This document shows, in pieces, positions 1 through 11,528 of a DNA stretch of 64,000 bases (position 1 is the stretch's first letter; every line of letters begins with the position of its first letter). A program made the position numbers and the translations under genes. Origin of the DNA: Octopus bimaculoides. Taxonomy: Eukaryota. The notes below the pieces were generated by a model, which worked only from the letters and a program-made list of their open reading frames with translations, was not told the origin of the DNA and made no database searches. The DNA lies in NCBI RefSeq assembly GCF_001194135.2, contig NC_068981.1, positions 145,166,915-145,230,914 on the forward strand, given 5' to 3'.

Positions 1-493
1 TATATTCTCCTGAATTGTATTGAGTTTTTGATTAGGTTTCTCTGCTCCTCGTCTTTTAATTAGCATACACTTTCTAATAAAAATATTTATAGATATTCAT
101 TTCTCATTCAACAATTCATCCTAAGTTGTGGAACCTCATAACGAATATCCTCCTTCATTTAAGAAATAATGCCGTAAAACACGCTATACTTTGTATAAGT
201 CAATTTTAGAACATGCTTCCGTTTGTCAATAAATGGTTCACTTTTTATTGTTGGGTGAGAGTGTATCTTCATTCTCGGAAATTATACAAAGCCGAAATTC
301 TAGTAGGAAATCTATTAATGATATATATATGAAGCCAATTTTATTTCGATTCAAAAATAGCGCTAAGCTACGTTATATTTCCAGTTAAAATTTTCAAGTT
401 ACATTCTTAATGCGCACAAATATCACCACTATCAAACCACTTAATGATTTGAATTATGGAAACTCGCCGAATGCACGTTACTTTTGTATAAGT

Positions 494-494
<1 letters not shown>

Positions 495-558
<64 letters not shown>
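495..558. repeat. (CA)n microsatellite running into an assembly gap; representative of dozens of CA/TA/AG/TACA tracts in the window
   Basis: Direct reading; explains the HTHT-type ORFs in the track. Confidence 0.95.
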
Positions 559-1902
559 NNNNNNNNNNNNNNNNNNNNNNNNNNNNNNNNNNNNNNNNNN
601 NNNNNNNNNNNNNNNNNNNNNNNNNNNNNNNNNNNNNNNNNNNNNNNNNNNNNNNNNNNNNNNNNNNNNNNNNNNNNNNNNNNNNNNNNNNNNNNNNNNN
701 NNNNNNNNNNNNNNNNNNNNNNNNNNNNNNNNNNNNNNNNNNNNNNNNNNNNNNNNNNNNNNNNNNNNNATAACTTATACTAGCCTTTTAGAAAATATAA
801 GCCTTTCAGGGACAAAGTTCCATGTTTCTGTAATTCCATGTTGGCTGCTTGTGCCTTATGCTTCATTTCGATATTTTTGCAGATATACCTCACCTTTCCG
901 CTATTTTTGTAGAAGACTTGCCGGAATTTATTACTGCTAATGAAATGTTTTCTCTTTGAAGGAGAGAAGCTATTTTGCAACCTTGACGTTTATACTCTTT
1001 AAAATGTTTCTTATACTTTTATGATGATTCCTACATGTTGTTAGAGTACACTAAGCAAATATATGATAGTTCCTTGATGTAATCCTCAGCACCCCGCCCC
1101 CGTATTAAAGATAGTTCTATTGCGCGATAGCGTAAAAAGCCAAGTGAGATATCTCGTGACATCTCGTTTGATGCTCTAAAAACCCATTCAATTTTTATAA
1201 AGATATGATTTATTTACCGACCTAGAAAGAATGAAAAGCAAATTTGACTTCAGTGGGATTTGAAGTCTGAGAGTAGAGAGCCAGAAGCAACACTTTAGCA
1301 TATAAATATTATTTCTCATTATCGTTCCTAATTGTCATATAAATCTAATTATATGATAACAGAAATTAGTGAAAATATGAATAATTATTCCCTTTCCAAG
1401 TACTTTTTTCTTCTCATCTACTTAATCGCTGATTTCATATTATTGATCATCTTATGTGTGTTTAAGTAATTATTCTTCAACAAATACAAATCTAGTTTTC
1501 GAACTTTTACCCAATGGTTTTCTAATTTTGACCTTTCAGATAACTAATAGGTATAATCTTTCAGTTCAACTTTTACAAATCTTCCAAAGATGTATGACCT
1601 TTTAACTCGCATCTGCAAAAGCATACAACTATCATCTTAAATCTACATATTCTATGTGATGAAGAATGAAAATCAAAATTAAACTTGTTCGGGTATTTTT
1701 TAAGTCCGATGGCATTCTCAGAAAGTACACAATTTTTCTTGATTTGAACTTGTCTATTATGATTCCAGTGCTAAAATCTACGAAATATCATGAATAAAGA
1801 ATGTAATCGGTATTCAAATATTAATATTTCCGCGAAGCAAAATAAAATATTTAGATAATACAGTTCTATATTTATGAGATGAGGAATTATGTACATTATT
1901 TA

Positions 1903-2043
1903 CATTATTTACATTTGACGGATATTTGTCCTCATCTTGTTTGTTGTTAACACAACGTTTCGGCAGCCTTGGGGAAATTTCAGGTGTCTTGGGGAAATTT
2001 CGAACCCGGGTTCTAATTACTAAGGTATTTTTCGATGTTATTA

Positions 2044-2102
<59 letters not shown>

Positions 2103-2296
2103 TAACCCCATGATTCCGAGTTCGATTCCAGGTAGTGACCTGAATAACAACAACATCAAAAAAATAACGTAAGGAATGAGAACCCAAGTTCGAAATTTCC
2201 CCAAGACACCTGATGAAGGCTGGAGGGTCTATCAGCCGAAACGTTGTGTTAACAACAAACAAGATGAGGACAAATATCCGTCAAATGTAAATAATG
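1903..2296. mobile_element. Head-to-head inverted pair of a PLE pseudo-LTR-like repeat around an (ATT)n tract
   Basis: 1903-2040 is the reverse complement of 2152-2296 (e.g. TTTGACGGATATTTGTCCTCATCTTGTTTGTTGTTAACACAACGTTTCGG vs CCGAAACGTTGTGTTAACAACAAACAAGATGAGGACAAATATCCGTCAAA). The right arm carries a hammerhead motif. Confidence 0.7.
2205..2250 (+). ncRNA. Minimal type I hammerhead ribozyme motif (PLE-associated type)
   Basis: GACAC-CTGATGA-A-GGCTG(loop)CAGCC-GAAAC-GTT-GTGTT: helix I GACAC/GTGTT, 5-bp helix II, palindromic AACGTT in place of helix III. Confidence 0.7.
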
Positions 2297-2396
2297 AAAA
2301 TATTTAGATATTTACAACTCTGATCACAAAATTTATAAATCTATCAATAATAAGAATTTCAAAAGGTAATATTGTATATGTTGACAATTTTTTTTT

Positions 2397-2432
<36 letters not shown>

Positions 2433-2479
2433 CGTTTTCAGAAATACTCTTCTCTTTCCTTATCTTTAACATCAATTGA

Positions 2480-3480
2480 CTACAATCCAAGTTAGGCAGC
2501 AGGCATTACCTCTTACGAACACGCAACCCACACATCACATTTATTCGAGATGCAAATGTCCAATCTACACCCTTTACTCACACGTCCCTCTAAAATGTGT
2601 CTGCACAAATTTAGATCTCGCTCTCCTAGCTTCTCACTTATCTCACCGGTTTTATCAACAGCAAAGATTTCTAGCTACTTTGTTCCAAAATCTCTCCCCT
2701 CCCCACTCCTCTAACAAATATCTACATCGTCTGCAGCTCTTTGAACTTCAACCACGCAGACATCTACATCACTTCTCTGAAGTCACCATACTAAGTGAAT
2801 TTACCGCCAACAACACTTCTTAGTTGCCCTACTCATACTGATGGCGCTGGCGCAGAAACTAAATCATTCGCAATCTTCAACTAACTTAATACTCTACAAT
2901 CCCTGCTCGATAAACAGAAACTTTAAGCATATCTGATCTTTTTCTCATCTCCAAGCTCTTCCAGACCAGCGTCGCATGTACTCCAATTGGTTTGTCCGGT
3001 TTACTGTCCGGTCACATTTGCACACAACGTTTATGTAACGTGCCTACTTTACGTACCTGATGATACTTTAAGTTGACTGGCTGGTCATAGCTACGCCAAT
3101 TCTATTCTGAATATCCCGAGAAACACATATGCTTCACTCCTGACTCATCAGAAAGAGAGCAGTACTTGAAACTATCCTGTTAGCAATACTCTTTCAAAAT
3201 TCTAAGTCCTCCAAGTAGTTCGCGCGTAGCTACACTGCAACAGACAAAGCAAAAAGAGAACGTTGGAGTATATTAGCCTCTCTTACAAACTGGGCGGTTC
3301 TTACAAGCACCAGAATTCATGCAGGACTATTATTTGCACTACGATGATGGTCTTCCGTCATAGTTATGGTGACTTGCAAAGCTCTATCAAAAGAATAGCC
3401 CACAAACTCTTAAAACTACAAAGATGACAACTTTAAGAAATCCTTCTACCCCACTACTTTCAATCCTAATTCTTGATTGA
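2480..3480 (+). mobile_element. Possible heavily decayed non-LTR retrotransposon 3' part (RNase H-like remnant)
   Basis: C-rich sense strand; CATACTGATGGC (HTDG, cf. RNase H YTDG) near 2835; otherwise no intact motif. Confidence 0.2.
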
Positions 3481-4411
3481 TGTAGTTTGTCACAAATATG
3501 GCCTTAACATCAGTTATTACCAATGAAAAGAAACCAAGAACAATCAGTAAAATAACTCTATTGCGCGTCAGATGTTATTTCTAATTCGCTTGTTTGTAAA
3601 ATGATTCTTCTGCTACAGAAACACTTTTTAAATAAAATAATATGATTATTCGCTCTGAAATTTAATCCATTTACATATTTGTTGTTATCAAGAAGAAAAG
3701 TTAGCAAGTTTTGAGCGAAAAATATATTGATATAGCCATAATCACAAATATTGTTATAGCCACGATTGCAGATCAGATTAAAACTGAATCGTAAACTCAG
3801 CTCATTGTTTAGGATATTCGTTTCAAATTTAGTCGACTTCAGCTGAATTTGAGCCCAAAACGTAAAGATGGATGAGATGCCGCTAAGCATTAAGCCCGAC
3901 GTACTAAGAATTCTGCCAGGTCGCAGAATATTGATTTGTTCTCACAGGCACAGTGCTGACTTTTGAAATATTTGAGTATAATCGATCGAGCTAATTGCTT
4001 ATGTGAGAGTTAATTCGTGAGTAAATTACTCAGTGACACCAAACATTGTAGACACAATGGTTAAGCTAGTGTTGCGATATGTAATATTATGGGCATTAGA
4101 ATGGTAATGAGGTATAATTAAGCAACGAGGTAAAGTTGAGTACAATTTCAGACGTATCCCGGTCTAAAAACCCCTTAGACAAACATATACTTCATCGTAT
4201 TTACTGAAGTAATGATGAGAGAATTACTAAATAGTTATACACTAGTAGCTATATACTGTTTTACATGGGTTCAATCAGTCAAGAAGCCATGCTAATCTAA
4301 AAAGTACAGGTACTATTCGAATTACAAAAATGCTAAAATTAAGGAAAGCTAAAATATATAAATTAATGAATGAGTCAATATATGTGTATGTATATGTATG
4401 CCTGTATATAT

Positions 4412-4450
<39 letters not shown>

Positions 4451-4461
4451 CATACATATAT

Positions 4462-4825
4462 GGCTGTGTGGTAAGTAGCTTGCTTACCAGCTGCATGGTT
4501 CCGGGTTCAGTCCCATTGCGTGGCACCTTGGGCAAGTGTCTTCTACTATAACACCGGGCTGATCAAAGCTTTGTGAGTGGATTTGGTAGACGGAAACTGA
4601 AAGAAGCCCGTCATATATGTGTGTGTGTCTGTCTGTCTGTCTGTGTGTGTGTTTGTGTGTCTGTGTTCGTCCCCCTACATCACTTGACGTCCCCGTAACT
4701 TAGCGGTTCTGCAAAGTAGACCGATAGAATAAGTACTAGTCTTACAAAGAATAAGTTCTGGGGTCGACTTGCTCGACTAATGGTGGTGCTCCAGCATGTC
4801 CAATGACTGAAACAAATAAAGGAAT
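4462..4825 (+). mobile_element. tRNA-derived SINE, family A (GGCTGTGTGGTAAG... head)
   Basis: A-box-like TGGCTGTGTGGTAAG, B-box-like GGTTCAGTCCC, internal (TG)n, and 3' part GGGGTCGACTTG...CCAGCATG...GAAACAAATAAA. Related copies at 11161, 42611 and as reverse fragments. Confidence 0.8.
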
Positions 4826-6193
4826 TTATGTATACATATATACATACCTGTATATATATATNNNNNNNNNNNNNNNNNNNNNNNNNNNNNNNNNNNNNNN
4901 NNNNNNNNNNNNNNNNNNNNNNNNNNNNNNNNNNNNNNNNNNNNNNNNNNNNNNNNNGTCTTACAAAGAATAAGTTCTGGGGTCGACTTGCTCGACTAAT
5001 GGTGGTGCTCCAGCATGTCCAATGACTGAAACAAATAAAGGAATTTATGTATACATATATACATACCTGTATTCGTGTGTGTGTGTGTGTTTGTGAACAT
5101 AAAGAGATAAATGCTATGCAGTAATGCGTTCAGAGGCCGAAAGAAAGGCATGAACTTTCCTATACTGCCTTCCCTAAAATATATGATCATTGTACTTAGT
5201 AAATATATTTGGATACGAAGGCTACAATTCCATTAACAAAACTGACTGCTAATATTCTTGAGAAATATATGTACTTAGTACTCCATGGTACTAAATTATA
5301 AATGCTGAGTAGACTTTGCTGAAGGACCCAAGGGGATATGTGGTTGTTTTACACCGGATGACTGGATTCCATATAGTTATTGTCCACCAGATTTCACACA
5401 CATGATTTTAGTTTTTCTGAGTCTATTGTAAAAGACACTTTGTTAAAATGTTACAAATTAGGATTGGTCACGAAGTTATGAAGCGAAATTCTTATGCATA
5501 CAGCCATATTTACGCCCGTTAGAAACAATGTACTTTCCTAGAATCATTATCATTATCTTTAGAAATGAAATGTCCATGTTGATCCAAACTTTCTAAACCA
5601 GATATTAGTAAGTGACATGTATCATAATAAGATCACAGCTCTGAGTAACAATTATTCCTTGAATAATAATTGGCAATTTACTTCCTCCCGAGGTTTAAAT
5701 CGATATAGCTTCTTTGTGTGCATTATAAGAATTCTCATAAAAATAGATTATTTGGATATTACACTGGTTGCTACCACAGTGCATCGGGTTAAGAGCTAGG
5801 CAACAATATTTAGATTATATAAAGATTAAAGAATCAGTTTTCTTGACTTTGCCTTTCACCATTCCTTACAAATATCCAAAATGTCATTATCACTTAAGAA
5901 AGTATTGATTCTTTTACATACAACCTAGCACTTTGCACGGAGTTGCAGATGGTTCAGACGTCACTAGATCAATTTAAGGTACTTATTTTATTGACTCGCT
6001 GAAGAATGAAATATAAATTGTGCTTCAGATGAATTTCATCTCAAAAATGTAGTTCAAAATGATTAAATTTACATGGGAAATACAGAGCGCTAAAAAGTGT
6101 ATGAATGATATATATANNNNNNNNNNNNNNNNNNNNNNNNNNNNNNNNNNNNNNNNNNNNNNNNNNNNNNNNNNNNNNNNNNNNNNNNNNNNN

Positions 6194-6232
<39 letters not shown>

Positions 6233-6384
6233 GTTGAGCAGAGCACCGGCACAGCTTAGGCTAACTGTTGTCATCCGCAGTAGTGATACACTTCTGTTGG
6301 GTCTACTTCATGAACTCCGCAGTGGTAGTTAGGGTAATATTATAAATTAATAGGAGATGGATTTCGTATTAGACCTTTATTAAA

Positions 6385-6427
6385 TACAACAAATGTTTCG
6401 ACCCAGTAGTCTTGCTCTCTTCAGGTA
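6385..6427 (-). ncRNA. Decayed hammerhead-like motif
   Basis: Minus strand TAC-CTGAAGA-GAGCAAGACTACTGGGTC-GAAAC-ATTT-GTT-GTA followed by TTTAATAAAGG; helix II is imperfect. Confidence 0.3.
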
Positions 6428-6705
6428 CATTGATAAAGATGTCTCTCTAGAGATTTTTAGTGTCAGCTGGCTTGTTGGTATATGCTCATCAAGCTAGAGA
6501 ATGAATAAAAGCAAATAATGTTATAGAAACGCAAAACATTCAGATGTGAACGTGGAAATCTTCCGTTCCAAGTTACATAAAATAGCCTAATCAGTTTTCA
6601 TTGTTATAGCTGCTTAGAGGGAAAAGAAAGTAGGAGAAACGACGATTAATATTTAGTTAACTAGTTTTATGTTCGTGCATATACGTACAGACGGACAAAT
6701 AGGAC

Positions 6706-6747
<42 letters not shown>

Positions 6748-6803
6748 GGAACAGGTGTGTGAACAGCAAGGATGTATTTGACACTCGGGAAAAATGAAAA
6801 AGT

Positions 6804-6839
6804 CTTCTACGTTTCGAGCCTACGCTCTTCAACAGAAAG
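6804..6839 (-). ncRNA. Variant minimal hammerhead-like motif (CUGUUGA core)
   Basis: Minus strand CTTT-CTGTTGA-A-GAGC-GTAG-GCTC-GAAAC-GTA-GAAG; perfect 4-bp helix II, helix I CTTT/GAAG, one core substitution (A6 to U). Confidence 0.45.
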
Positions 6840-7871
6840 GAATAAGAGAAAATAAACAGGGACATTGAAATAAAAAAAACTTGTAGAGTTCAGCGGTCGA
6901 ACATGATGAATGTGTNNNNNNNNNNNNNNNNNNNNNNNNNNNNNNNNNNNNNNNNNNNNNNNNNNNNNNNNNNNNNNNNNNNNNNNNNNNNNNNNNNNNN
7001 NNNNNNNNNNNNNNNNNNNNNNNNNNNNNNNNNNNNNNNNNNNNNNNNNNNNNNNNNNNNNNNNNNNNNNNNNNNNNNNNNNNNNNNNNNNNNNNNNNNN
7101 NNNNNNNNNNNNNNNNNNNNNNNNNNNNNNNNNNNNNNNNNNNNNNNNNNNNNNNNNNNNNNNNNNNNNNNNNNNNNNNNNNNNNNNNNNNNNNNNNNNN
7201 NNNNNNNNNNNNNNNNNNNNNNNNNNNNNNNNNNNNNNNNNNNNNNNNNNNNNNNNNNNNNNNNNNNNNNNNNNNNNNNNNNNNNNNNNNNNNNNNNNNN
7301 NNNNNNNNNNNNNNNNNNNNNNNNNNNNNNNNNNNNNNNNNNNNNNNNNNNNNNNNNNNNNNNNNNNNNNNNNNNNNNNNNNNNNNNNNNNNNNNNNNNN
7401 NNNNNNNNNNNNNNNNNNNNNNNNNNNNNNNNNNNNNNNNNNNNNNNNNNNNNNNNNNNNNNNNNNNNNNNNNNNNNNNNNNNNNNNNNNNNNNNNNNNN
7501 NNNNNNNNNNNNNNNNNNNNNNNNNNNNNNNNNNNNNNNNNNNNNNNNNNNNNNNNNNNNNNNNNNNNNNNNNNNNNNNNNNNNNNNNNNNNNNNNNNNN
7601 NNNNNNNNNNNNNNNNNNNNNNNNNNNNNNNNNNNNNNNNNNNNNNNNNNNNNNNNNNNNNNNNNNNNNNNNNNNNNNNNNNNNNNNTATATATATAATG
7701 TCGTAGTTGTTCTAGATATGTGCCCTTTATTCACTCTAGCGAAATGAACTAATTATTGAACTAATTATTCAAAAGTTAAATTTTGGGCTATTTGTGTTTC
7801 TAATCTGAGCACAACTTTGTATGTTACAGTTGTTCTGCCAGAAATATATTCCTCATAGAATTCCTTTCCAG

Positions 7872-7964
7872 TCCTTTGTCTTTGCTGAAGTCGTCAACCT
7901 GCAGATGTTCAAGTCAGTGAGGCGCTGCGAAGTCTATGAGAACGTCCCCTTCCACCAGACATAA
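7872..7964 (+). CDS. Candidate terminal coding exon (SFVFAEVVNLQMFKSVRRCEVYENVPFHQT*), gene unidentified
   Basis: Preceded by AATTCCTTTCCAG acceptor; 30 open codons to TAA with many C-ending codons in an AT-rich background; AATAAA about 65 nt downstream. No upstream exon found. Confidence 0.3.
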   Translation, partial: SFVFAEVVNLQMFKSVRRCEVYENVPFHQT

Positions 7965-9824
7965 CATTTAAAAGACTATTCTTTTTCCGGAAAAATGTCA
8001 AAGATAGTTCAAGACTGCTGTAACCACAAAATAAAACAACCATGCAATCATCTCTAAAGGTTAACGTATGAGATACACAATTATTTATCTTCAGACAGTA
8101 CGGCACTTGACTGTTTTATAAGCCAGCGATGGAGCTTCAAAGCAGTCGATTGACCGGCTAGAAAACGTATTTAAATATCCTTCAAATCATATTCTCTCGT
8201 CTTAAAACCATGGTACATCGGTTAATGTGTTCCTGGGAGCATTCTAATTGAAAGATGAGACAGGATGATCATAGGTGGAATGACGTTGATTATAGGTTTA
8301 CTCAGTCATCACTCACCTTGCTCTAAACAATAACAAGAGCAACAACAGCGTTCCCATCTCATCAGTACAATAATAGACGCAGTTTGTTAATTACCAAATA
8401 TTCAAATCAGAAACTACCTGGTGATTGCGCCAAGTTTCCTAGTTTCGATCAATAAATTCGTGGGTGACTTGGACGATTCTGTCATTATGTCTTAATTGAA
8501 GCAAAACTAACAATTACGTCGAGACTGAAATCATAGGTATAGAGAAGGCTTTTTCCAAGACAACGAATATTCTTGCTGGTTTATGTTTTGTGTTTATTAA
8601 AATTTACTTTTTTGTCTTGATGTTTACGCTGTTTTTTATATGATTATTAATTTAATTGTAAAAATTGATTCAGCTTGCATCGATAGCCAAGTGAATAAGA
8701 AAGGATTTCTCATCATCATTATCGTCATCATTATCAACATTTCCGTTGTCCTGATCATCTGCATCATTATCGTCAATTATTTCCTATACACCATGCAATT
8801 AATTCCAGATAATCTTCGATGTGTGCAGTGTATGTGCAGTGTACATTATATATATAATGTGTTTTATATNNNNNNNNNNNNNNNNNNNNNNNNNNNNNNN
8901 NNNNNNNNNNNNNNNNNNNNNNNNNNNNNNNNNNNNNNNNNNNNNNNNNNNNNNNNNNNNNNNNNNNNNNNNNNNNNNNNNNNNNNNNNNNNNNNNNNNN
9001 NNNNNNNNNNNNNNNNNNNNNNNNNNNNNNNNNNNNNNNNNNNNNNNNNNNNNNNNNNNNNNNNNNNNNNNNNNNNNNNNNNNNNNNNNNNNNNNNNNNN
9101 NNNNNNNNNNNNNNNNNNNNNNNNNNNNNNNNNNNNNNNNNNNNNNNNNNNNNNNNNNNNNNNNNNNNNNNNNNNNNNNNNNNNNNNNNNNNNNNNNNNN
9201 NNNNNNNNNNNNNNNNNNNNNNNNNNNNNNNNNNNNNNNNNNNNNNNNNNNNNNNNNNNNNNNNNNNNNNNNNNNNNNNNNNNNNNNNNNNNNNNNNNNN
9301 NNATATATAATGTATATATAGATAATGTGTATATATATATATATAATGTATATATATATAATGTATATGTATAATGTGTATGTATATATATAATGTGTAT
9401 ATATATATAATGTGTATATATATAATGTGTATATATATTTATAATGTGTGTATATATATATATATATAATGTATGTATGTATGTATATATAAAAGCTTAT
9501 ATATTCACATATGTGTGTATTCGTGTTTCAGTGTCTGCATGTGCAGTATGTTTGCACAGGTATGTGCACATGCTTGATTATTGCAGTGTACATTTGTGAA
9601 ACAGTAACTTTCAATTACTAAACAGGGTGATGAGAAGGAAAGAAATATCTGGACATTTCTCTCAACTTGGAACTTTTTACAATTTTTTTTTTTTTTTTTT
9701 TTTTTCAAATTGTTATAGATTTGCTCTTTGGACGTTTCTATGAAAATGCCTACTGTCCTTCGTCTTTGAATTGCTCTGTTTCTGTTACCCTTGTTGCCGA
9801 TAAAGAAATGATAATAATAATAAT

Positions 9825-9825
<1 letters not shown>

Positions 9826-9873
<48 letters not shown>
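9826..9873. repeat. (TAG)n microsatellite directly upstream of a SINE head
   Basis: Direct reading. Confidence 0.9.
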
Positions 9874-9874
<1 letters not shown>

Positions 9875-10045
9875 AGGCAGCGAGCCGACAGAATGGTTAG
9901 CATATCAGGCAAAATGCTTAGCTGCATTCCTTCCGGCTTTACTTTCTAAGTTCAAATTCCGCTGAGGTCAACTTTGCCTTTCAATCTTTCGAGTTCGATA
10001 AAATAAGAACCAGTTAAGCACTGGGGTCGATGTAATTTACTACTC
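9874..10045 (+). mobile_element. tRNA-derived SINE, family B (AAGGCGGCGAGCTGGCAGAATCGTTAGCAC... head)
   Basis: Head, B-box-like GTTCAAATTCC, GAGGTCAACTTTGCCTTTC...GATAAAATAAG...CTGGGGTCGATGT; matches the reverse copy at 27096-27317. Confidence 0.8.
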
Positions 10046-10085
10046 CTCGCAATCAAAAACTGTACCTATAACAGAATGGATTATT

Positions 10086-10260
10086 AAGCCAGCGAACAAG
10101 CAGAAACGTTAGCACACACAACAAAAATACTTAGCGACATTTCTTCCAGGTCTTTACGTTCCGAATTCGGACACCGTCGAAGTTGTCTTTGATTTTCATC
10201 CTTTAGAGGTCGATAAAATAAGTACCAGTCGAACACTGGGATCGATGTATTCGACAATCC
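10086..10260 (+). mobile_element. Second, more decayed family B SINE in tandem
   Basis: AAGCCAGCGAACAAGCAGAAACGTTAGCAC...TCGATAAAATAAGTACCAGT...CTGGGATCGATGT. Confidence 0.65.
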
Positions 10261-11160
10261 TCTACCTACAGAATTTCAGGCCTTATACCCATGGTAGAAA
10301 GGATTACTACTCCTACTACTACCATTTATTCGTCGACTTTGTTATTTGGCTATCATTGAATATATATTCAATAAATAATATAATGATTTTCTCTGGGGAG
10401 AAAGAGTCGTGTTTATGGCTTTTGAATGTCCTCCGAGACCACTGAAGTGAAGACAACTAATGTTCTTGAGCACCTGAAAGTAACAAATGAGATATTGTCT
10501 CTGTGGAGGAGTTTCTTGTTACTGAAACCGGGACTGCATTTTTTTTTCTTAATTCATTCTTGAATATGTACAACTTGTTTCAGTGGGAATACTAAGTGTT
10601 TTTCACAGCTATAACCATTCGGAATTAACGGTAACCAAACTGAAAGAAGGTACTGATCTTTAGATTAAAACCACGTCAAATGAACGTCTTAGTAGTCGCT
10701 TATTGATTGTTGTTTCCTTATATTTATACAAGTCGAAATCAGACGTTTTTGTTGAACGTATTGAGTGGTTGTGGCGCCATGTATATACGTTATCTCAAGC
10801 ACTCAAGTGGCTGGAAGATAAATAGTTACACGTAATGCCATTTCTGGTTTCAACATCATTAATTACGCTTCCGATCTATAATGCATTCACATAATATTTA
10901 TTGCACATTATCAACATTTGGAAAGTGCTGCTTATGTACAAATGTTTGTTTTATCAATCATTAGAGGTTAGTCATAAAGCATACTAGTCATAAATGATCA
11001 ATGATCAATATCTCTACATAATATTATCTATTCGTCTGTTTGTCTTAATGTTTAATATTTGGCTATCAATGTATCTATTTATCATTCTATATTTTTATAG
11101 ACAAATGTATGTCTGTGTTTATGCATAAGTGTGTATATAAATGTATGTGTGTGTAAGAAT

Positions 11161-11420
11161 GGGTGTGTGGTTAAAAGTTCGCGTTACAACCACTTGATTT
11201 CTGATTCAGTCCTACTGCGTGGGACCAAGAGTAAATGTATTCTACTATAGCCCCGACGCCTACCGTTTCCTGCTAAATGGATATGGTTAATTGATGGCAA
11301 CTGAGCGGAAACACAACCTCCATCTATCTACCATGTCACCGGTTTGTTTACCTCATCGAAAATTAGTGGTTCGATAAAAACAAAATACCGGTAAAATAAG
11401 TACCTAATTCAAAAATTGAC
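11161..11420 (+). mobile_element. Decayed family A SINE
   Basis: GGGTGTGTGGTTAAAAGTTCGC...TTCAGTCCTACTGCGTGGGACC...TTCTACTATAG...AATAAGTAC. Confidence 0.45.
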
Positions 11421-11528
11421 ACCAAAACATTTGTGTGTTTGTGTATATATTTTCGCCTCTTTGTGTGTGTGTAAATAAATAAATATATACATAGCAATCA
11501 TGTCTATTCTTCAGTGACTAAATACTAG

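Noticed and set aside
780-980. Minus-strand peptide SNKFRQVF resembling GPCR helix 8
   Set aside because: No upstream TM7/NPxxY motif or supporting exons; a chance match is likely.
4739-5070. Exact ~113-bp direct repeat (4739-4851 / 4958-5070)
   Set aside because: Identical copies on either side of an N-gap: a contig-overlap artefact.
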